From Ascoidea asiatica JCM 7603 (taxonomy: Eukaryota > Fungi > Ascomycota): a stretch of DNA of 13,674 nucleotides. The notes beneath the pieces are model-generated. The model searched no databases and was not told the origin of the DNA. It saw nothing but the letters and a program-made list of their open reading frames with translations. The stretch covers positions 682,911-696,584 of the forward strand of contig BCKQ01000004.1 in NCBI GenBank assembly GCA_001600695.1. The letters are read 5' to 3'. The position numbers and the translations under genes are program-made. Positions within the stretch are counted from its first letter, which is position 1, and every line of letters begins with the position of its first letter. Below are positions 8,162 to 13,674 of the stretch, piece by piece.

Positions 8162-8864
8162 TATTATAAAAATATATGCAAAATATATACACTACTGTAT
8201 GTCTATTTCAGTGGTAGTTGTTGAAATGTGAGGATAATAATCACCAGTAGTTATTTAGTACTCTTTATAAAATTATATTGTATATTCAACAACAATTTTT
8301 CAGGAGTAATAACTTTATTAAAAAACATGAAGTTGAAGTTGAACCAGAAGCAAAAACACCACCGGAAATCATGAAAATAATTTCAAAGCTTAAAATAAAT
8401 TTTTATAACTACCGTAAGACCCACAGCAGTGGTTTTAAAAGCAATAATCAAAATAAATAAATAAATAAATAAAATAACGCCCATCGCAAGACTCGAGCGG
8501 GAACTTCAAATCCATAACTCAGTCTCAATCCGCCCCATGGATATACTAATCCGTGTAACTAACTCCGTGGCACATAACAACGTGACAGGGTAACTTTTAA
8601 CTGTTCAATTTATTTCTTGCAGTTTGGAAAGTTTTAGGTTTTGAATCATTGTTGAGTGAGTGAGGAAGTATTTTGGTGTACTTTTACCTGTAATTGATCA
8701 ATCACTTCACTCATTAACTCTAAAGAGGTGATAAATTGTTAATGATTCACAATTATTATCAATGAACTAATGTAATAAATCATTCTATTCAACTTTAATA
8801 ATAAAACCAAATTGAGTGAAGTTATATTCCTTTGAAAATCTCTTTCAAAAATTTATAATCATTT
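8162..8864. promoter_or_regulatory. Divergent FCF1/CCA1 promoter with PAC-like and RRPE-like (ribosome biogenesis regulon) elements
   Basis: GCGATGGG on the - strand at 8487-8480 (one mismatch to PAC GCGATGAG). TGAAAATAATTTCA at 8372-8385 is a degenerate RRPE-like near-palindrome. (AAAT)5 lies at 8451-8470 and a Reb1-like CAGGGTAA at 8586-8593. Both flanking genes are RNA-maturation genes. Confidence 0.5.
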
Positions 8865-10541
8865 ATGAATTTCCGTTCTTTAAGAAATAAAAGATTACAA
8901 TTGAATTCAATTTATTCTTCAATTAAAAAAGATAAAATTTTTTTAAATAAAAGATTTATAATGACTCAAAGAAAATTACATCCAATAAAATTAACAAAAG
9001 TTGAAAATGATATTGCAACTGTTATAAATGATTATTGTGATGAATATAATCAATTGAATTCAATTGAAAATTTAAATGATCAATTAGTTGCTAGAATTAC
9101 TGGTGGTTGGGTAAGAGATAAATTATTAGGTTTAAATTCAAATGATTTAGATATTGCTTTAAATTTAATGACTGGACAAGATTTTGCAAATAATTTAAAT
9201 CAATTTTTAATTAAAAATTTTAATAAATATAAAATTCCAATACATTCAATTCATAAAATTGAAAAAAATCCATTAAAATCAAAACATTTAGAAACTGCAA
9301 CAACAAAATTGTTTAATCAAGATATAGATTTTGTAAATTTAAGAAGTGAAGAATATACAATTGATTCAAGAATTCCAATAATAAAATTTGGTACTCCAAT
9401 TCAAGATGCTTTAAGAAGAGATGCAACTTTAAATGCTTTATTTTATAATTTAAAAACAAAAATTGTTGAAGATTTTACAAATAATGGTTTAAATGATTTA
9501 AAAAATGGTATTTTAAAAACTCCTTTAGATCCTTTAAAAACTTTTTTAGATGATCCTTTAAGAATTTTAAGATTAATAAGATTTTCAAGTAGATTTAATT
9601 TTAAAATTGATGAAAATGTTTTAAATTCAATGAAAAATATTGAAACAAATTTAATGTTAAAAAAAAAAATTTCAAGAGAAAGAATTGGTGTTGAAATTCA
9701 AAAAATTTTAATTTCAAAAAATCAAATTAATGCAATAAATATTATAATTCAAAATAATTTATTTAATTCTATATTTTCTTTAGGTTCAAATGAAGATAAT
9801 TTATTTATTTATAATAAACTTTTATTACCTCAGTTGAATCAATTATATAAAGATACAATATCAAATTTAAAAAAAACTTTATCAATAATATCAAATTATC
9901 AAGATCATCACTTAAGTTTAAATTCAAATTCAAATATAATTGAAGATGAAATTAAAAAAATTTTCTTAAAAAATGAAAAAAATGAAAATTATGATAATTT
10001 TAAAAAATATTTTTATTTATTTATACTTTTAAAAGATTTTGGTCAATTAGAATTTATTACAAATCCTAAAAAACAATTTTCAAATGAATATATAGTTTCT
10101 TTAATAATTAAAGAAGGTTTAAAATTAAGTAAATTAGATGCTGAAATTACAATGAAATTAGTTATATTTCAAAATAAATTACTTTCTTTACTTCTTAAAT
10201 TTAATACAAATAAAGAAAATTTAAAACGTTCTGAAATTGGTTTATTTATTAAAGAATTTGGTGAATATTGGAAATTAATATTTTATTTTAATTATATTTT
10301 ATTAGAAGAAAAAAGAAATGAAATAATTAAATTCTTTAATTATATTTTTGAAATAAATTTACAAAATTCTTATAATGAAAAACTTTTATTAAATGGTAAA
10401 GAATTACAAAAAGCTTTAAATAAAAAACCAGGAAAATGGTTAAAAGAAGTAAATGATTCTTTAATTATTTGGCAATTTAATAATCCTGAAAAATCCAAAG
10501 AGGATTGTATTGAATTTGTTAAATCTTTAAAAATTATATAA
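8865..10541 (+). CDS. CCA1: CCA tRNA nucleotidyltransferase (class II), 558 aa, with a putative mitochondrial presequence and a second in-frame start at 8961
   Basis: RITGGWVRDKLLG...NDLDIAL (catalytic DxD), KNPLKSKHLETAT, DFVNLRSEEY...SRIP, DALRRDATLNALFYN, TFLDDPLRILRLIRF, KISRERIGVEI. Confidence 0.96.
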   Translation: MNFRSLRNKRLQLNSIYSSIKKDKIFLNKRFIMTQRKLHPIKLTKVENDIATVINDYCDEYNQLNSIENLNDQLVARITGGWVRDKLLGLNSNDLDIALNLMTGQDFANNLNQFLIKNFNKYKIPIHSIHKIEKNPLKSKHLETATTKLFNQDIDFVNLRSEEYTIDSRIPIIKFGTPIQDALRRDATLNALFYNLKTKIVEDFTNNGLNDLKNGILKTPLDPLKTFLDDPLRILRLIRFSSRFNFKIDENVLNSMKNIETNLMLKKKISRERIGVEIQKILISKNQINAINIIIQNNLFNSIFSLGSNEDNLFIYNKLLLPQLNQLYKDTISNLKKTLSIISNYQDHHLSLNSNSNIIEDEIKKIFLKNEKNENYDNFKKYFYLFILLKDFGQLEFITNPKKQFSNEYIVSLIIKEGLKLSKLDAEITMKLVIFQNKLLSLLLKFNTNKENLKRSEIGLFIKEFGEYWKLIFYFNYILLEEKRNEIIKFFNYIFEINLQNSYNEKLLLNGKELQKALNKKPGKWLKEVNDSLIIWQFNNPEKSKEDCIEFVKSLKII

Positions 10542-11477
10542 TAAATGATAAAATTTTTAATATATTATTACCAAATACAATACTTGTAGAAGAATTATTT
10601 CTAACGAACTTGACATCTCATATCAACTACGACTTTGTATAAATACACATTTCTGTTTGACAAAAAAAATGGTTTTAAAATCTGTTGACTATTCATTGCA
10701 AGTCTCAAATATTTCCATATTAAAACTTTCTTTCTTCACCTAATTCACACATTGTTAAAAATATATATGAGAAAATATGATTTTTGATAATTCTGATTGA
10801 GTTCATTAACTTTCTAGATTAAACTGTAATGGTAACTGGTTCTGAAAGTTTGGATAGTGTATCTGCAATTTTGATAATCAAATAGATCAGTTTATTCCCT
10901 ATTCAAGTTTTTTGATGAGGTTCTGCCTTTTCTTATTCAGATTATCTTACCCATTATTGTCTTCATTTTTTATTTAATTGATGGAAAAATTTTAAAAACT
11001 GCTAGCTTTAATATCCTTATAAAATCTATAACCATTTTGTAATTCTATTTGTATTTGCTGTTTTGATTTGGGTTACAATTGTTAATTGAAATTTCACTGA
11101 GTCTCTTAATCTTGATGTATGTATCAAAAAGTATTGAATATCTCATTATCATTCATTTAACTAATCCAATTCAGATTGAAAAATCAATTTTAGGTAAGTT
11201 ACTCTAAATTTATCACAAAAAGAATAGAAATAATTCAAGCATCCTATTTAAGTTTTATATTCAATAAATTATTTGTTGACATTTACAAAATTGAAGAGTA
11301 TTTTCAATAAAATTAAAATATATTATTTTATTATATAACAACAAAAAAAAAAGAAAGTTAAATTAATTGTCAAAATTTTAAATATATAAAGAAAGAATAT
11401 AAAAATCATATAATAAGAACACCAACCTTAACTGAGAAATAAAAAACCTACAATCATAAAACATAAACTAAACTATT

Positions 11478-11702
11478 TTATACAAACATTGATGGATGAT
11501 TAAATTTGCTTTCACTATCAATACTTAAATAAGCAGAATTTAATTTCATCATTTCTTTTTGTTTGATTCCTAAATATATACTTATATTTTCCATTGGTGG
11601 TGATATTCTTTGTTTTTTATCCATATGATGATATTTAAGTATTTTATCTTTATAAGGTCCATCAATATTAGTAATAATTACTTCATCAATACCATAAATC
11701 AT
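11478..11702 (-). CDS. Unidentified small protein (74 aa; frame stays open for 21 more codons upstream)
   Basis: 95 stop-free codons (11765-11481) in very AT-rich DNA. Upstream are TATAAAAA (11895-11888), a pyrimidine-rich tract and an A-rich leader. Downstream are a TAG..TAGT..TATGT..TTT pattern right after the stop and TATATA (11388-11383). No family recognised. Confidence 0.5.
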   Translation of the reverse strand: MIYGIDEVIITNIDGPYKDKILKYHHMDKKQRISPPMENISIYLGIKQKEMMKLNSAYLSIDSESKFNHPSMFV

Positions 11703-11887
11703 TTCGAAATCAATTTCAAATTCATCTTCATTAAAAGTTGGTTTATATAAATAATTGGTTAATTGTTATTTATTTGAATTTTAGTATAGTTAATAGAAAA
11801 TTACAGACAAGTTGATAGTAATTTAAGATAATGAAATAAATAGAAGAAGAAAAAAAACAAAATTAAAATAATGGAAAATATCAAGTC

Positions 11888-11895
11888 TTTTTATA
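11888..11895 (-). promoter_or_regulatory. Consensus TATA box for the small ORF
   Basis: TATAAAAA matches TATAWAWR and is followed on the - strand by a long T/C-rich stretch, the usual layout of a yeast TATA promoter. Confidence 0.45.
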
Positions 11896-12220
11896 TTATT
11901 TTTTTTAACTATGGAATGATAAATTCAAGAAAGATTTCATCAAAAAGATACATATTGAAATCAATTTACATACTAATTTTAATTCTCTTAGATTGTTTGT
12001 AGATCTTAGATTATATAAGTACTAAAATAGTAAAAAGAAATAATCAATACAAACTTTCTCAAAGTATAAAATAAATTTGGCGTAGCAATTTTTACTTTTC
12101 AATGATATATTGACACTATTTATAGTTCTCTTCATTGTTTATATTCTCCAAAATCTTTATATTGATTGTATTTTAGGATTGAGTTCTAAATCAAATAAAG
12201 TTTAGAAACAAAAAGAACAA

Positions 12221-12390
12221 TCCGAGGGTGACCAGTGCTGAGTTCCGACCCACTGGTTTTCTTAGCCGAACTGCCGAGGTCTCAACAACAAAATTAGCCA
12301 CTTGTCAGCCACTACGCAATGGAATCAATTTACTTTTGTGGCATTGAAAGGGGAAATTTCTTTATCTCAGCTCAGGTCAGCAGCAACCGA
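12221..12390. promoter_or_regulatory. GC-rich UAS-like island with Crz1-like, STRE, MSE-like and CCG half-site motifs
   Basis: AGCCACT at 12296-12302 and 12307-12313; AGGGG at 12349-12353; GCCACAAAA (-) at 12342-12334; CCGA at 12222, 12245, 12266, 12274 and 12387. Confidence 0.4.
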
Positions 12391-12550
12391 GAAGCAGTTC
12401 AAACTCCATTTGATTGCTCAATCTGGTAATAATAGATTAAACAACTCTGGATTATTAATCTTACTCAACAAAACTTCTTATCTTTATTATCTTTATTATC
12501 CTTATGATCTTTATTGGATCAATCAAGCAATAACAGAAAAACAAAAAAGC

Positions 12551-12570
12551 AAAAAAAATTATTTTAAAAA
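12551..12570 (-). terminator. RNA polymerase III oligo-T terminator of tRNA-Gly
   Basis: On the - strand, T5 (12570-12566) immediately follows the discriminator base, then T8 (12558-12551). Confidence 0.85.
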
Positions 12571-12641
12571 TGCGTAAGCCCGGAATTGAACTGGGGGCCC
12601 GACGATGGCAACGTCGAATTTTACCACTAAACCACTTACGC
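12571..12641 (-). tRNA. tRNA-Gly (anticodon GCC), 71 nt, intronless
   Basis: GCGTAAG-TG-GTTT-AGTGGTA-AAAT-T-CGACG-TTGCCAT-CGTCG-GGCC-CCCAG-TTCAATT-CCGGG-CTTACGC-A folds as a cloverleaf. Acceptor and anticodon stems are perfect, A and B boxes are present, and it closely resembles yeast tG(GCC). Confidence 0.97.
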
Positions 12642-12751
12642 TTAACTTTATGTATCTCTCATAGAAATAAGAGAACTTCAATGCAAAATACAAATACAAA
12701 TATTCAGTATATTGCTTTGACTCTATATAAAAATAACTCTAAATTTAAAAT

Positions 12752-13606
12752 CTATACTCGATCATCATTTCTAAAACTTCTTAATGGTCTTTTTCCAAAT
12801 TCTATAACAAAATAGGAATTTTCTTTATTACATATTTCACTATATGTTACACAGAAAACAAGTATAGATAAAATAATACCAATAATACCACCAGCTTTTG
12901 TAATATTTTCAGATCTAGTAAAATTTGCAATTGATAATACCAAAAATAAAATAAAAACTAAAAAAATTACTATAAAAAAATCTATTCTTCCTTTCCATGT
13001 ACAAAACCATAAAATTAATGAATATATTGCCCATGATAATAACCAAAATCCAATTGCATTTTCAAGTTTATTTTCAGTTGAATCTGATTTAAATGATGAT
13101 GTAATTTTAAAATCTTCTGTATTTACAGCTCCCCATGAAACCCAAAAACATCCATATGGTAAAAAAACTGAACTTGAGAAATTATCTCCTTGAAAAAATG
13201 CAAAACATCCTGCAATAATTTCTAAAAAACCACCAACAAAAAATGCCAGACCAATTGTTAAACTTGAAATATCAAGTCCAAGACATTTTGCATTAGAACA
13301 TGAAAATAAAAATGTTGTAATTGCAAAAGCACATAATCCTAAAGGAACATAATTTCCTTTTGGTTTTTCTTTTAAAGAATTAATATTTTCATTTTGTAAT
13401 TGTAAATATTTTTTTGATTCTTTTGCAAGTAATGATGAAATTAAATCATCTTTTAAAATCTTACGTCCTCCAATATTAATAAAATCTTTTTCATTTACTT
13501 CTAATTCTATATTTTTTTCATCCCGTTTATATATACCAGTTTCATTATATTCTAATTCACTTAACAGGATTTGACCTGATTTTTTTTCACTATTATTAAA
13601 TGACAT
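12752..13606 (-). CDS. GPR1/FUN34/YaaH (AceTr; ATO/ADY2-like) acetate or ammonia transporter family protein, divergent paralogue, 284 aa
   Basis: Hydrophilic N-terminus with FINIGGRKILKDDL, then GNYVPLGLCAFAITTF (family signature NPAPLGLxxF), IGLAFFVGGFLEIIAG, YGCFW, NAIGFWLLSWAI and KAGGIIGII. About six hydrophobic segments. Confidence 0.9.
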   Translation of the reverse strand: MSFNNSEKKSGQILLSELEYNETGIYKRDEKNIELEVNEKDFINIGGRKILKDDLISSLLAKESKKYLQLQNENINSLKEKPKGNYVPLGLCAFAITTFLFSCSNAKCLGLDISSLTIGLAFFVGGFLEIIAGCFAFFQGDNFSSSVFLPYGCFWVSWGAVNTEDFKITSSFKSDSTENKLENAIGFWLLSWAIYSLILWFCTWKGRIDFFIVIFLVFILFLVLSIANFTRSENITKAGGIIGIILSILVFCVTYSEICNKENSYFVIEFGKRPLRSFRNDDRV

Positions 13607-13674
13607 ACTGTAATTATATAATTATTTAAGAATTTTTTTTATAATAAAAATTAATTCCTTTTTTTTTTTTTTTA

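Noticed and set aside
8278-8460. 60-aa + strand ORF in the FCF1/CCA1 intergenic region
   Set aside because: TTG start, runs through promoter elements and the (AAAT)n tract, no recognisable features.
11726-11973. Possible intron upstream of the small ORF (GTATGT at 11973-11968 on -, weak branch-like TATTAAC/TACTAAA)
   Set aside because: No consensus branch point, the only usable AG is a distant AAG, and splicing would not supply an in-frame ATG.
12340-12420. CAGG..GCAG resemblance to SRP RNA helix 8
   Set aside because: No GNRA tetraloop or supporting stems, and no Pol III promoter or terminator layout.
12302-12815. Two + strand ORFs (12302-12577 and 12570-12815)
   Set aside because: The first starts at TTG and crosses the UAS and Pol III terminator. 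The second is the antisense of tRNA-Gly and the transporter 3' end.
1-13674. CRISPR array, transposase or retroelement coding sequence, rRNA
   Set aside because: Eukaryotic locus with no repeat-spacer pattern, no RT/integrase/transposase motifs and no rRNA-like segment.

Overview
AT-rich nuclear DNA from a budding yeast (Saccharomycotina) that retains respiratory complex I, so it lies outside Saccharomyces and its close relatives. In order, the window holds: the 3' end of an unidentified ORF (+); a spliced complex I LYR subunit NDUFB9/NI2M (+, 87-nt intron); a very long CRT10 homologue with an Asn-rich N-terminal extension and a perfect (AAT)26 tract (-); spliced FCF1/UTP24 (-, 84-nt intron); CCA1, divergent from FCF1, with two in-frame starts (+); an unidentified 74-aa ORF with promoter and terminator signals (-); tRNA-Gly(GCC) (-); and a divergent GPR1/FUN34/YaaH (ATO/ADY2) transporter (-). 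The ORF track misses both introns. I see no mobile element, CRISPR array or clearly new multi-gene system. The best leads are regulatory or small-scale: a double branch point in the FCF1 intron that could give an NMD-targeted isoform, the orphan small gene with an overlapping uORF and a Crz1/STRE-like UAS, a hidden 44-codon uORF before CRT10, alternative inverted repeats in the CCA1 leader, and an Ato paralogue lacking its signature motifs. Gene identities come from remembered family motifs, not database searches.
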